Shown here in pieces: positions 10,547 to 19,864 of a stretch of DNA of 64,000 nucleotides (its first letter is position 1; the number at the start of each line of letters is the position of its first letter). The notes beneath the pieces were generated by a model. The model was not told the DNA's origin and searched no databases. It saw only the letters and a program-made list of their open reading frames with translations. Source of the stretch: an uncultured virus (IMG/VR IMGVR_UViG_3300009128_000012) (taxonomy: Duplodnaviria; Heunggongvirae; Uroviricota; Caudoviricetes); the IMG/VR virus record IMGVR_UViG_3300009128_000012. The stretch is one strand, 5' to 3'. A program made the position numbers and the translations under genes.

Positions 10547-11115
10547 GCGATCTGCTTACCTCCAAGAACGGACACCACACGCTCTTGAAGCTGCACCATC
10601 AGCCCCTTGACGTCGACCAGCTTCCCATTGATCGTGAACTGGTTTTTAGCTTTCAGCTCGATCATGCCCTTACCGTGGTCTATCTCAAGGTAGCAAGTAT
10701 CGGCCTTGTTCCCGATGCGTAGCGTCTTCGCGTCGTCGTCGATGACGAGCTGGAAGTACTTGGTCTCCAGCGCAACGAGGTCCGTCTGCTTCACCTTATC
10801 CCGCGCAGCCACTGCAGCCAAGCGCTGGCTCACCGGCTGCGTGCCGGGGATGTAGAAGGCCTCCTCGAGGTTGCCCTGAATGAAGCCCACCAGCACCTGC
10901 GAGCCCTGGCGTGGGAGCATGTGTGCGCCGTAATCCTCGTAGCCAGCAGGGTAGCCAACTGGTGCTGCCCAGACCGCGCCGCGCTTCGACGTAACAGTGG
11001 TGACCTGAACCAAGACGCGGCCGACGCCCTCCTGATCTTCGTTGTTGATCACGGTGCCCCAGTGCATGCCGAAACGGCGCTGCAGTGCCAGCTCCTGTGC
11101 GTCTGTAAAAGCCAT
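10543..11115 (-). CDS. Baseplate assembly protein V (spike, OB fold)
   Basis: GTVINNEDQEGVGRVLV...WA.P...G.H..PR.GSQVLVGF.QG. Confidence 0.85.
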   Translation of the reverse strand: MAFTDAQELALQRRFGMHWGTVINNEDQEGVGRVLVQVTTVTSKRGAVWAAPVGYPAGYEDYGAHMLPRQGSQVLVGFIQGNLEEAFYIPGTQPVSQRLAAVAARDKVKQTDLVALETKYFQLVIDDDAKTLRIGNKADTCYLEIDHGKGMIELKAKNQFTINGKLVDVKGLMVQLQERVVSVLGGKQIA

Positions 11116-12479
11116 TACCGCTTGCCTCCAGACCCGGCGACAGCCCGAAACTTCTTCGTCACTCGGCTCACTGCATCTAGCGCACGCTCTAGCGTAGTCT
11201 GTGGCAGTCGAGCCTTCCCCTTGCGCCTGCGGCAGCCCTTCTTTTTCGGCCGGATGGGACCGTGGTAATCCACCGCTACGCCGATGGTGCCGGTCTTCGG
11301 ATCATAGGTGTACTTAATTCTGCGTGGGTGCGTTTTGCAAGTGCCGCGCCCGGTCCCACGCAAAGCCAGCTCGGTCGTGTAGCCGCTGTCGTTGATGGTG
11401 TGCTTCGCGGCGAGCACAGTCCACTTGCCGTCAATGATCCGCCCGAAGTTCTCTAAGTCGAGAACCGTGCCGCGGAAGATGCGCGGGTCTCCCACCAGTT
11501 TCAACTTGAGCTTCCAGCGATTCAGTACGTGCCGCTTGAGCCGCACTACAGCCTTCCGCCGGGCGTTGGGCGTCACAGCCTTGATCACGTCGGCAGGTGT
11601 CACAGCAGGCCGCTCTAGCACCTTCTTCAACTCCGTGTTAGCAACACCCGGCAGCTTCAGCTTCTCGTTGTAGGTCCAGAGCGTGTTCTTGCGCCGGTTG
11701 TGCGCTACCGCCTTCACACCCTGCAGGTTGATGCGGTAGTCCCCCTCGACATCCCACTCCAGCAGATCGGGCCCGGCGAAGTAGGTGAGCTCGTTAACCG
11801 GCGCCCGCGGGTAGGCAGGCGAGTGCATGTGAAACTCATCACCCTCGATGTAGAACTCCAGTCCCGCTGAGTCGGCGAGCCGCTCAAGCCCCTGCCACAT
11901 GCTCTCGTCGGTGGCCAGCTCCCAGTAGTCGAAGCGCGGATCGTTGGCGACCGAGTTAGGCGGCGGCGCGGAGGCGCCCCACTCCGTGCCCTCGATATAG
12001 CAGTTGGCCTTCCGGAAGCCCATGGCCAGGGCGGCCTTGAGGGCGATCTGCGACACGCGCGCGTTGGCATACCCGAACTTCCAGTTGCTTTCGATGCGCG
12101 AGTGCGCGGAGACCTTGTGGCAGTTGGCGATCATAGTCACCACGCCGGCGGCGCCGCCCATCGGCGACTCGGTGTCAGCCGCACGGATGGCGGTTCCCTT
12201 GATCTTGACCAGCACCGCATCGTACGGACGCTTGGTTAGCAGGCCGTCGTAGCCCCACGTGATGCGAAACTTCAGCCCCAGGATGAGCACCGCCAGGTTC
12301 ATGGCCTTGCCGTCCGAGTTGTCGAAGCCCATCTCGAACCGCGGGAACTTGCGTGGCTCATTGATGTACTCGAAGGATACCAGCCGCTCCTCCAACTCAC
12401 GAGCCGTGACACACTTCGGCCCCGAGAGGATGCGAAGCCTCACATGTGGATGCAGCGTGTCGTAGTTGCCCAGGGTCAT
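11115..12479 (-). CDS. Late control D / baseplate hub (gpD, gp27-like)
   Basis: ESMWQGLERLA...GLEFYIE, GDPRIFRG.VLDL..FG..IDGKW.V..AKH.I..SGYTTEL. Confidence 0.85.
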   Translation of the reverse strand: MTLGNYDTLHPHVRLRILSGPKCVTARELEERLVSFEYINEPRKFPRFEMGFDNSDGKAMNLAVLILGLKFRITWGYDGLLTKRPYDAVLVKIKGTAIRAADTESPMGGAAGVVTMIANCHKVSAHSRIESNWKFGYANARVSQIALKAALAMGFRKANCYIEGTEWGASAPPPNSVANDPRFDYWELATDESMWQGLERLADSAGLEFYIEGDEFHMHSPAYPRAPVNELTYFAGPDLLEWDVEGDYRINLQGVKAVAHNRRKNTLWTYNEKLKLPGVANTELKKVLERPAVTPADVIKAVTPNARRKAVVRLKRHVLNRWKLKLKLVGDPRIFRGTVLDLENFGRIIDGKWTVLAAKHTINDSGYTTELALRGTGRGTCKTHPRRIKYTYDPKTGTIGVAVDYHGPIRPKKKGCRRRKGKARLPQTTLERALDAVSRVTKKFRAVAGSGGKR

Positions 12480-12483
12480 GTTT

Positions 12484-12828
12484 CTACAAAGCCGACAGCG
12501 GTTGATCCGGTGTGCTGGCCATAGCCTCCTGCGCGATGCTCGCGGGTGGAATCAAGATGGTCTCACCCGGCACCAGTGCCAGTGTCGGGTCGTGGATTGG
12601 CGTCGGCTGGAAGTCAGCGATGACCCACCAGTACTCCGACGCGTCTGGAAGCGCCTCGTCCCAGTACCGCTCCGCGAGGTTGTGCAGCGTGTCGCCGGCC
12701 TCAACGGGATGTGGGGTGATACCCTCCACATCCTGGAAGTATACCCGGTCCCGCAGGGTGAGCACCTTGGCGCCGTTGTCGTCGAAGAAGATCTCCGACA
12801 GGGCGTATCTGCTATCCTCAAAAATCAT
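12484..12828 (-). CDS. LysM / tail-X (gp53-like) baseplate protein
   Basis: HPVEAGDTLHNLAERYW...WWVIADF...PGETILIP. Confidence 0.85.
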   Translation of the reverse strand: MIFEDSRYALSEIFFDDNGAKVLTLRDRVYFQDVEGITPHPVEAGDTLHNLAERYWDEALPDASEYWWVIADFQPTPIHDPTLALVPGETILIPPASIAQEAMASTPDQPLSAL

Positions 12829-12837
12829 TCCATCACA

Positions 12838-15800
12838 CTACTTGAACATGTTGAGGAGCCAGAGGCCACCGCCGCCTTCTGGTGGAGCATCGGGGCCGCC
12901 GGATTCGGTGGTCTTGCCTGAGACTGCTGGGCTGTTTGACATCTTTCGCAGATGCCCCTCCATGCTCTTGAGCACCTTGCTGTCGTCCGCCCCTCTGTTG
13001 TTCATTGCTGTCAGCGCATGCACCGCCGGGTCATCGCTCTCGGCTGCGGCGCGCTCACGCTTCGTCATGGTGGCCTTCTTGATCACACCATGCAGCGGGC
13101 TGAGGTCAACACCCGTGCCTGTGACACCAATGCGACTCAGTGAGTTGACCAGCTTCTTCTCCTCGGTGAGGTTGGTCGCTGGCTGCATTACCCGTGCACG
13201 CGTATTCTTCATGCGGGCTGTGCTCTTGGTGATCTGCTCCTGCAGATTTCGCTGGTGACTCAGAAGCCGCTGCAGCTCTGCCACAGGTGCCTTCGTGAGC
13301 CTGGCTAGGTTGCTTTTCAGCTCCTTACCCTCATACGCCTCAGCCGACGGCCAGCCTAATACACCCTCACCTATGTCAGCCATGAAACGCCGCGCTAAAC
13401 TCTGCGAAGTCCCTGGATCTGCTACGTCTTTGCTGCCCCACTCATACGGCTTCGCCGATATTGCGTAAGCCTTGGCTAGCTTTTTCCTCGAATGCCACTT
13501 TGCCGGTGCACTTCCGGTTCTACCCCACACCTGCGGCCCCAAGTGCGTGCGGTGTTTATCCGGGCCGTAGGAGCCATACCACTTGCGCCGCGCTGCCCGA
13601 GCCTCAAGGGCAGCCTTCATCTCTGCGTGTTGTATACTGTCGCGGGCGTCAGATATCTCCCTTGCCAAGCTCTTCAAACGGGCCTTTGCTGTCCTGATTA
13701 CCACCCTGTCTCGCCCCGTCTCGACATCGGCCGCCTGACCCAGCTGCTTCTTCTCGGCAGCCAGCTTCTTGTCCAGCATCGCGTTGTACTTCTCCGTCTG
13801 GATCCCCAACGCATGGCCAGCTGCAGCGGTCACCGACGAATTTTTGTGGAAGTTGTTGAGCCCCTTGCCAATAGAATCCAGTGCGGCCTTGAACGTCTTG
13901 GACTCGTTGGTTGTCAACTTCAGCCCCTGGCTCAACAGGGCGAAAGCAATCTGCGCCTTCTTCAGCGTATCACTGTCCACCCGGCCGCGGGCCTCGAACA
14001 CACTCTTGATCACGCCGAACTGCTGACGCGCGAGTGCGGTCTTGGTGATGCCGCCGCCCTCTTTACCCAGCGAGATGGCGGCCTCTAGCTTCGCACCCAT
14101 GAGATCCAACGCCTTGTGCGAGAGCATCGGCGCTTTCTGCTTCATGGTCTTGACCCACCGGTCGACAGCCTCGTCCAAGCTGCTTGCGGTACGCGCCAGG
14201 TCCTTCGACGCGCCGCCGAAGCCGCCGAGCACCTTGAGGAAGTCGCTGTTGCCACGCTTGGCGTCGGCCATCATCCGGTTGATGTCTGCGTCCATGCCGC
14301 CCTGTCCAAACCGGCCCCAGATGGACTCCATCGCGTACATGAGCGCCTCGACGGCAACGAAGGCGATGATCAAGGGGCCAGTTGAACGCGCCAGGACCCG
14401 CACCGCCGCAGTCAGCCCGTAGGCCATGCGCGTGGCAAGCGTCATAGCGCCTGCCCATGCTCTGGTGCTGACAGCAGCACCTCGCATGACATGCGCCTGT
14501 GTAGCTATGGCCACTGTGCTGCTTGCTGTCGACCCTCGTAGAAACTGCATCGCCAGCCCGATGGCCACCTGCGATGCCTTGAATGCCATCGCCAAGCCAG
14601 TGGCCATGACCCAGGTCCCCGCCAGGACGATGATCCCGCCCGCGAGCTTGCGCATTATCATGGCCGTGGTGCTGGTGCCGGAGAACAGCGACTGCAGCTT
14701 GTTCACCAGATCCGTGATCGTGTTGATCATCAACGCCAGCGGTGGCACCACATCCTGCGACACAGTCATAGCCAGCTTCATCAACGCGTCGCGAAGCAGC
14801 GTGAACTGGTTCTCCGTCGTCATCATGAACTCGGTGGTGACGCCCTTGAGCAAGCCAGGGGACTTCATACCCTTGTCCTGCAGATACGCCAGCGCATCAC
14901 CCATGCGTACGATCTTACCCTCGTCGGTGGGGATGCCTGCCATCAGCTGCTGCATCAGCGAGATCCACGGCTTGCCGGCGCGCTTGCCGAAGGCCTTGTC
15001 AATCTCGTGCATGAACCCGCGCCACGTCTGCTCGTTACCCTCTGCAGCACGGGCTAGGTCCATCATGATATCGGAGATGGGACGCAGGCGCTCGCCGGTG
15101 TGAATCACAACGCCAAGCCGCTCCTCGAGCCGGCTGTAGATCCTGGGGTCGGACATCCGCAGCATACCCGTCAGCCAGCCGGTGGCCGCAGACGAGGAGC
15201 TGCGGAAGCCGCGGACGGACAGTGCGAACAGCGGCAGCAGGTCCTTGAAGCCCTTGATGCCGGTCTGCCCCGCAACGGTTGTGACCAACCCCAGCTTCTT
15301 CATGCCCTCAGCCATCTCCGAGACCTGGATGCCGGTGCCACGCTGCATGGCCACCAGATAGTCCAGCGCCTCGGCCGCCTCCCTCGTGCGCAGGTTGAAC
15401 CCACCGATGATCTGCGAAGCGAGCTGTGTTGACTTGGCGACGTTGCCCTCCATGAAGACGTGAGCCATCGACAGGGTGGGAATCAGAGTAGCGGCGGAGC
15501 CCTCAACATCGCGTAGGGCCAGGTTCAGCTTGGTTGCCGCGCTGACCGCCTCGGTCGGAGTGAAGGGGGTGACCTTGGCTGCATCGAACGAAGCACGGCG
15601 CAAGCGCTCGAGGCTGTCCGCGCCAAGACCAGTGGCAGCCCGCATGCGCCCCATCTCGTGCTCCAGGTCCACCGCGGGCTTGATGACTGCCGTCATGGCA
15701 GCTGCTGCCTTCCGGGCCACGATCAAGGCGTTGTACGCCCCGGCCAGCGCCCGGAGCCCGCCGGCTGCTTGCCGCGCAGACTTGTTCGTCTCCTTCATGG

Positions 15801-15906
15801 TTTTGTTCGAGCCCTTCATGGCTCGATTGCCCGCCTGCATTCCCTTCACCACCCCCTTGTCGGTGAAGGTCCAGACGAAACCATATTCGAAGACGGTGCG
15901 GGGCAT
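12838..15906 (-). CDS. Tail tape measure protein (TP901-like)
   Basis: 1022 aa Ala-rich helical protein with TPFTPTEAVSA motif and central hydrophobic segments; lies between chaperone and baseplate genes. Confidence 0.9.
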   Translation of the reverse strand: MPRTVFEYGFVWTFTDKGVVKGMQAGNRAMKGSNKTMKETNKSARQAAGGLRALAGAYNALIVARKAAAAMTAVIKPAVDLEHEMGRMRAATGLGADSLERLRRASFDAAKVTPFTPTEAVSAATKLNLALRDVEGSAATLIPTLSMAHVFMEGNVAKSTQLASQIIGGFNLRTREAAEALDYLVAMQRGTGIQVSEMAEGMKKLGLVTTVAGQTGIKGFKDLLPLFALSVRGFRSSSSAATGWLTGMLRMSDPRIYSRLEERLGVVIHTGERLRPISDIMMDLARAAEGNEQTWRGFMHEIDKAFGKRAGKPWISLMQQLMAGIPTDEGKIVRMGDALAYLQDKGMKSPGLLKGVTTEFMMTTENQFTLLRDALMKLAMTVSQDVVPPLALMINTITDLVNKLQSLFSGTSTTAMIMRKLAGGIIVLAGTWVMATGLAMAFKASQVAIGLAMQFLRGSTASSTVAIATQAHVMRGAAVSTRAWAGAMTLATRMAYGLTAAVRVLARSTGPLIIAFVAVEALMYAMESIWGRFGQGGMDADINRMMADAKRGNSDFLKVLGGFGGASKDLARTASSLDEAVDRWVKTMKQKAPMLSHKALDLMGAKLEAAISLGKEGGGITKTALARQQFGVIKSVFEARGRVDSDTLKKAQIAFALLSQGLKLTTNESKTFKAALDSIGKGLNNFHKNSSVTAAAGHALGIQTEKYNAMLDKKLAAEKKQLGQAADVETGRDRVVIRTAKARLKSLAREISDARDSIQHAEMKAALEARAARRKWYGSYGPDKHRTHLGPQVWGRTGSAPAKWHSRKKLAKAYAISAKPYEWGSKDVADPGTSQSLARRFMADIGEGVLGWPSAEAYEGKELKSNLARLTKAPVAELQRLLSHQRNLQEQITKSTARMKNTRARVMQPATNLTEEKKLVNSLSRIGVTGTGVDLSPLHGVIKKATMTKRERAAAESDDPAVHALTAMNNRGADDSKVLKSMEGHLRKMSNSPAVSGKTTESGGPDAPPEGGGGLWLLNMFK

Positions 15907-15908
15907 TA

Positions 15909-16154
15909 CTACCCTCTTATGCCAGATCGGGCGCGGCGGTGCGCCTGCGCTAGGTCGTCGTTCGCTTTCTCAAGAAACTCGGCCAGTCTGTCGCGCCGGC
16001 TCACGTCAAACTCCTGAAGCTCACTCCACGACACGTTCACAGAGATGCTTTCAGGGGACTGCGCGATGAGCCGAAAAGCCATTAGGTCCCTGTCCGCCGT
16101 CGACGGGATCGGGTAAATCTCTTCCGGCTCGAGAAGAACCCCGCCTCGAAAGGG
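15909..16154 (-). CDS. Frameshift extension (gpGT-like) of the tail assembly chaperone
   Basis: The -1 frame is open from the slippery site to a stop at 15909-15911, just before the tape measure start; FRGGVLLEPEEIYP...VSWSELQEFDVSRRDRLAEFL. Confidence 0.7.
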   Translation of the reverse strand, partial: PFRGGVLLEPEEIYPIPSTADRDLMAFRLIAQSPESISVNVSWSELQEFDVSRRDRLAEFLEKANDDLAQAHRRARSGIRG

Positions 16155-16834
16155 AGGGGAATGTCGAACTGCTGGCCGCAGAACGTGCACTCCATCGGCA
16201 GCATGGTGTCCACGCCACCGCCCAGGTCGTCCACCTGGTCCCACAGGTCGTCGCCGATCCGCGCCGGCAGATCCTCCACCGCGGCGAGGATCTCGTCCGG
16301 GTCGTCGATCTCGCCGAGGCACACCACGCGCCGCGCCAGCTGCAGCGTCAGCAGCCGGTGCTCTTCGGACTTGGGGATGGCGGCGAGGTGCTCCTCGTCG
16401 ACTCCTGTCGCCATGCGCAGCAGGACCTCCGTCTCGTCCAGCAGCTGGGTCTTGATGGGCTGGTTGGTGCGCACCGCCTGCTTGCCCTTCTCAGACACAG
16501 GGGCTACGTCGAGTACGTCCAGCCCCACGGTGTGCTTGAAGTTGCGCTCACACGCTGGGCAGTCGGCCCTGAAGGTGTACTCCGGGCCGTAGGAGAGGAT
16601 GCGCAGCTGGATCAGCGCGAACGTCCTGTCGGCCATCAGCACGCGCTCCCACTGTGGCTCTTCGCCTTCGTAGGGGCCCATGTCGAGGGTGCGCAGCCAG
16701 CAGGTCTGTAGCAGCTCGGTGATGAGGCGGCCCGACTGGGCCAGCTTGCGGTTCGCGAAGAGCTCTTCGTCTTTGACCCGCATCAAGCGGACCACCCCGC
16801 GCAAACCGGAGGGGCAGGTGATTTCGGTTTCCAT
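16082..16834 (-). CDS. Tail assembly chaperone / T4 gp26-like baseplate hub assembly protein with two CxxC motifs
   Basis: CPSG, DRTFALIQLRILSYG, CPAC, CTFC, LPF motifs; lies between tube and tape measure. Confidence 0.75.
   Translation of the reverse strand: METEITCPSGLRGVVRLMRVKDEELFANRKLAQSGRLITELLQTCWLRTLDMGPYEGEEPQWERVLMADRTFALIQLRILSYGPEYTFRADCPACERNFKHTVGLDVLDVAPVSEKGKQAVRTNQPIKTQLLDETEVLLRMATGVDEEHLAAIPKSEEHRLLTLQLARRVVCLGEIDDPDEILAAVEDLPARIGDDLWDQVDDLGGGVDTMLPMECTFCGQQFDIPLPFEAGFFSSRKRFTRSRRRRTGT
16148..16154 (-). promoter_or_regulatory. -1 programmed ribosomal frameshift slippery heptamer C CCT TTC
   Basis: X XXY YYZ heptamer in the correct phase (Leu-Pro-Phe codons), followed by a possible hairpin (GGGT/ACCC, TCTTC/GAAGA). 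Confidence 0.7.
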
Positions 16835-16953
16835 CTCTCGTTCTCCTGTACCTTGGGCTCAGCCTCTCCGGAGCGAGGCTGGCGGCCTGGAAGCGAGCCA
16901 GGCAGCTCGTATGCGGCTCCTTGTCCGCGACCGGCCCCGGCCGGCCATGCTCG

Positions 16954-17451
16954 TTACAGGACCTTGCGGAAGCTGTCGAAGACCAGCTCCAGGGACTCGA
17001 TGATCACCTCGTCGGTGCTGGCGTCCCAGTCGCCCGCCACGTACTTGCGCGGCCAGCAGTTCCGGAGGCCCCAGACCCGCCGCTTGGTCACGCCGTTGCG
17101 GTCCAGCTGGATGACCTTGACCTCCTTCATGTAGACCGCGAGGTTGGCGCCGACGCCGCGCTGCAGCGACCCGGCGCCTCCGGCGATGTAGGCGACCTGC
17201 CTCATCCAGTCGTAGAACTTGGACGACGTGGACGCCCCTCGCTCGAGGGTCACGTTGGGGACGGTGGCGCGCCCGGGGATCTTCCACGGGATCATGTTGC
17301 CGCCCTCGTGGTACGAGATCTCGGCCAGCTCGTAGCTTAGCTCGCTCATCTTCTGGAAGGTGGCAGACCAGCCACCAGCCACCTGGATCAGGAACTGGTG
17401 CTTGGGGAACAGCTCCCGAACGCCGCCGGTCACCAGTTTGATGTCACCCAT
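16954..17451 (-). CDS. Tail tube protein, T4 gp19-like
   Basis: FQKMSELS...Y.EGG...KIPG.....VTLERG...FYDW...W.L.NCWP.KY..GDWDA...EV.IESLEL. Confidence 0.95.
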   Translation of the reverse strand: MGDIKLVTGGVRELFPKHQFLIQVAGGWSATFQKMSELSYELAEISYHEGGNMIPWKIPGRATVPNVTLERGASTSSKFYDWMRQVAYIAGGAGSLQRGVGANLAVYMKEVKVIQLDRNGVTKRRVWGLRNCWPRKYVAGDWDASTDEVIIESLELVFDSFRKVL

Positions 17452-17515
17452 GGATTTCCTCCGTGTAGCGCTGAGCCTCGACTCAGCCGTTTGCTTTTAC
17501 CTTTTCTCGTCGGCC

Positions 17516-19825
17516 CTAGATCTGACCGAACAGCTCCTCAGACAGCGCACGCGTGTCCTTGGTGACCTTGATCACGATGAACTCGGCCGGGGTGTTGGTC
17601 GCCAGCCCCACCCGCATCACCACCTTGCCCTCGCGGACCACGGACGGCGGGTTCAGGGCGTCGGACACATCCACGAAGAAGGCCGTGTCAGGGTCGCGGG
17701 TGGCGAAAGCGCCCTTCTGCATCCACTCGTAGAGCAGCGCATAGACCTGGCTCTCGATGTCCTCGCGCAGGTCGGGGGTGTTGTTTCGGTGCCGCACCCA
17801 CTGCAGGCCCGCCTCGAGCAGCCGCTCGATGTGGCTGACGCCGCGGCGCTCGCCCACGCTGGGGAAGTTGCCGTCGCCCTTGAGCGTCCGCGCGCCGTCC
17901 ACGAAGACTCCGTAGCCCTTCATGAAGGTGATCGGGTTGATGCGATCTGGGAACACCAGGTTCCGGTGGGCCTCCAGCCGCGCCTTGTGGTTGTTGCCCG
18001 GGGTGCCGTCCTCGTCCTCCAGCGCCACGACGCCCACCGGCTTTCCAGCCTCCACCCCGGCCGGCTGGTAGAACGGGCCCTCGTCCTCGCCGGAGTCGCG
18101 GGCCGCCATGATGCCGGCCACCACGCCCGACGGGGCCATGTTGATGCTCTTGGTCGCCTTGCCATAGACCGTGTTGGACGGGTTGATGATCTTGACCCAG
18201 GGCCAGTACATGGCGCCGTTCTCGAAGTAGGCGGTGTTGGACAGACCGGCCTTGAAGGTCTTGGCCAGCGCGCCCGTGCTGCGGTCCTCCGACGTGTCCA
18301 GGATGGCGAAGACCATCCCCTGCCGCTCGTCTGCGTGCCCGCAGTAGTACAGCAGCTTGTCCATGGTGGTCGCCGTTGGCCGATCCGGGGCGCACATCAG
18401 CGTGATGTCCGACACGTTGTCGAATGCATACACGCCGGACTCGGCGCCCTTGTAGCCGGTGAAGTCGGTATCGGTCAGGCCGGTCAGGCCGTCGCCGCCG
18501 CCGGTGAGCGCGGCGCCGGACGTGTCAGCCGGTCGGCGGTTGGTCGCAGACCCCGCGGCGGCCTGGTCGGTCACTGCGATGTAGTCCGAGCCCTTGGACG
18601 CGTCGTTGATGATGGTCTCGGCGAAGCGCTCCGCGGTGGCGGTGGTGGCCGACGTGGCCATGGTCAGGTTGGTCCAGGTCTCAAGCACCACGGTGCCATC
18701 GAGGACCTGCAGGTTGAACTCCGACGCGAGCCCGCTGCTCGCGGCGTAGATCCTGGGCTTGATGGTGTTGATGTACGCGCCCGGGGTCTTGCCGTCCACC
18801 TTGAGGGTGTTCACCGCGGAGCCGGCGCTGCCGTTCACGATGGTGGTGGACAGCCCCAGGATGGTCTCCGCCGACGAGGTCGCCTTGACCTCCACGCTGG
18901 CGCTGGCACCGGTGGCCACCGTGGTGATCACGATCTTGCTGGCGGTGAACGTCACGCTCACGCCGCCGCCGCCGGTGAAAGCGGCAGTCAAGATCGTGTC
19001 CATCTCGGCGGTGGTGACCGCGTCGATGTCGGAGATGCCCGCGGTGCTGGCGCCAGACACCTGCGCCGTGGCGAAGCCCAGCGCCGTGTTGGCGGTGCCG
19101 CCGGTCACCTCGATCTTGGACCCGGTGCCCTTGCGGTCGGAGGTGATGGTGACCTTGGTGCCGCTGCTGGTCACCGTGGCCGTCGCACCGACGATCTCGT
19201 TGTTGATGGCCTGCGCCACCTCCTCCGCCGTGGCGGCGCCGATGTCGACGAACTCCGCGGTGTCGAAGGTGATGGTCTGCGCGGTGGTCTCGGCGTCCAC
19301 CTTGACCGTCAAGGTCTGCTGGTCGACGAGCACGTAGGTCTCGGCGGTAGCGTTCTCGCGGGCTGCAGCCGTCGCGTCGAAGGTCGCGGTGTCGTCCCCC
19401 GCACCGTCGATGCTCGCGATCAGCGTGTCGTTGGGGGTCATCTTCCACGGCCCCGCCACGGTGCCGGTCAGCACAGCCGGTGACGCAGCCCCTGCTGCGG
19501 TCTGCAGCGTCTGTGTGCCGGTGGTGGCGTCGGACGTGGCCACAGATGCGCTATGGGTGCCGTAGTGGGCCACCCGGCTGACGTAGCACTGCTTGCCGCC
19601 GTTGAGGAAGAAGGCGCGCACTGCCAGCGCGCACTGCCGCCCGCTGATGAACCCGCCGTACACCTGCTCGAACTCCTCGTAGGAGGTAACCAGCTGGGGC
19701 GTGCGCAGGGGTCCTCGCTCCGTGACACCCATAATGCCCAGCACAGCTGTGGCATATGTGGGGAACGTACGAAGCTTGGGCTCCTCCTCACTGATGGTAA
19801 TCTTTGAAGAAAGCAGATCCGCCAT
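17516..19825 (-). CDS. Contractile tail sheath protein with a large insertion
   Basis: G.TERGP..TP.LVTS..EF...YG, FF.NGG..CYV.RV, YWPWVKI, PSG.VAG, GARTL, PAEFIVI. Confidence 0.95.
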   Translation of the reverse strand: MADLLSSKITISEEEPKLRTFPTYATAVLGIMGVTERGPLRTPQLVTSYEEFEQVYGGFISGRQCALAVRAFFLNGGKQCYVSRVAHYGTHSASVATSDATTGTQTLQTAAGAASPAVLTGTVAGPWKMTPNDTLIASIDGAGDDTATFDATAAARENATAETYVLVDQQTLTVKVDAETTAQTITFDTAEFVDIGAATAEEVAQAINNEIVGATATVTSSGTKVTITSDRKGTGSKIEVTGGTANTALGFATAQVSGASTAGISDIDAVTTAEMDTILTAAFTGGGGVSVTFTASKIVITTVATGASASVEVKATSSAETILGLSTTIVNGSAGSAVNTLKVDGKTPGAYINTIKPRIYAASSGLASEFNLQVLDGTVVLETWTNLTMATSATTATAERFAETIINDASKGSDYIAVTDQAAAGSATNRRPADTSGAALTGGGDGLTGLTDTDFTGYKGAESGVYAFDNVSDITLMCAPDRPTATTMDKLLYYCGHADERQGMVFAILDTSEDRSTGALAKTFKAGLSNTAYFENGAMYWPWVKIINPSNTVYGKATKSINMAPSGVVAGIMAARDSGEDEGPFYQPAGVEAGKPVGVVALEDEDGTPGNNHKARLEAHRNLVFPDRINPITFMKGYGVFVDGARTLKGDGNFPSVGERRGVSHIERLLEAGLQWVRHRNNTPDLREDIESQVYALLYEWMQKGAFATRDPDTAFFVDVSDALNPPSVVREGKVVMRVGLATNTPAEFIVIKVTKDTRALSEELFGQI

Positions 19826-19864
19826 TTTGTGGCCTCCAGTTTGGGCAGCTTGCGATCTACCCTA

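Noticed and set aside
17360..19483. 707-aa plus-strand ORF and similar long antisense ORFs (e.g. 32772-35105, 25416-26459)
   Set aside because: Shadows of highly GC3-biased real genes on the opposite strand; no motifs or SD.
7109..19825. Stand-alone eCIS/tailocin
   Set aside because: Portal, protease, scaffold, capsid and neck genes are in the same operon, so it is a phage tail.
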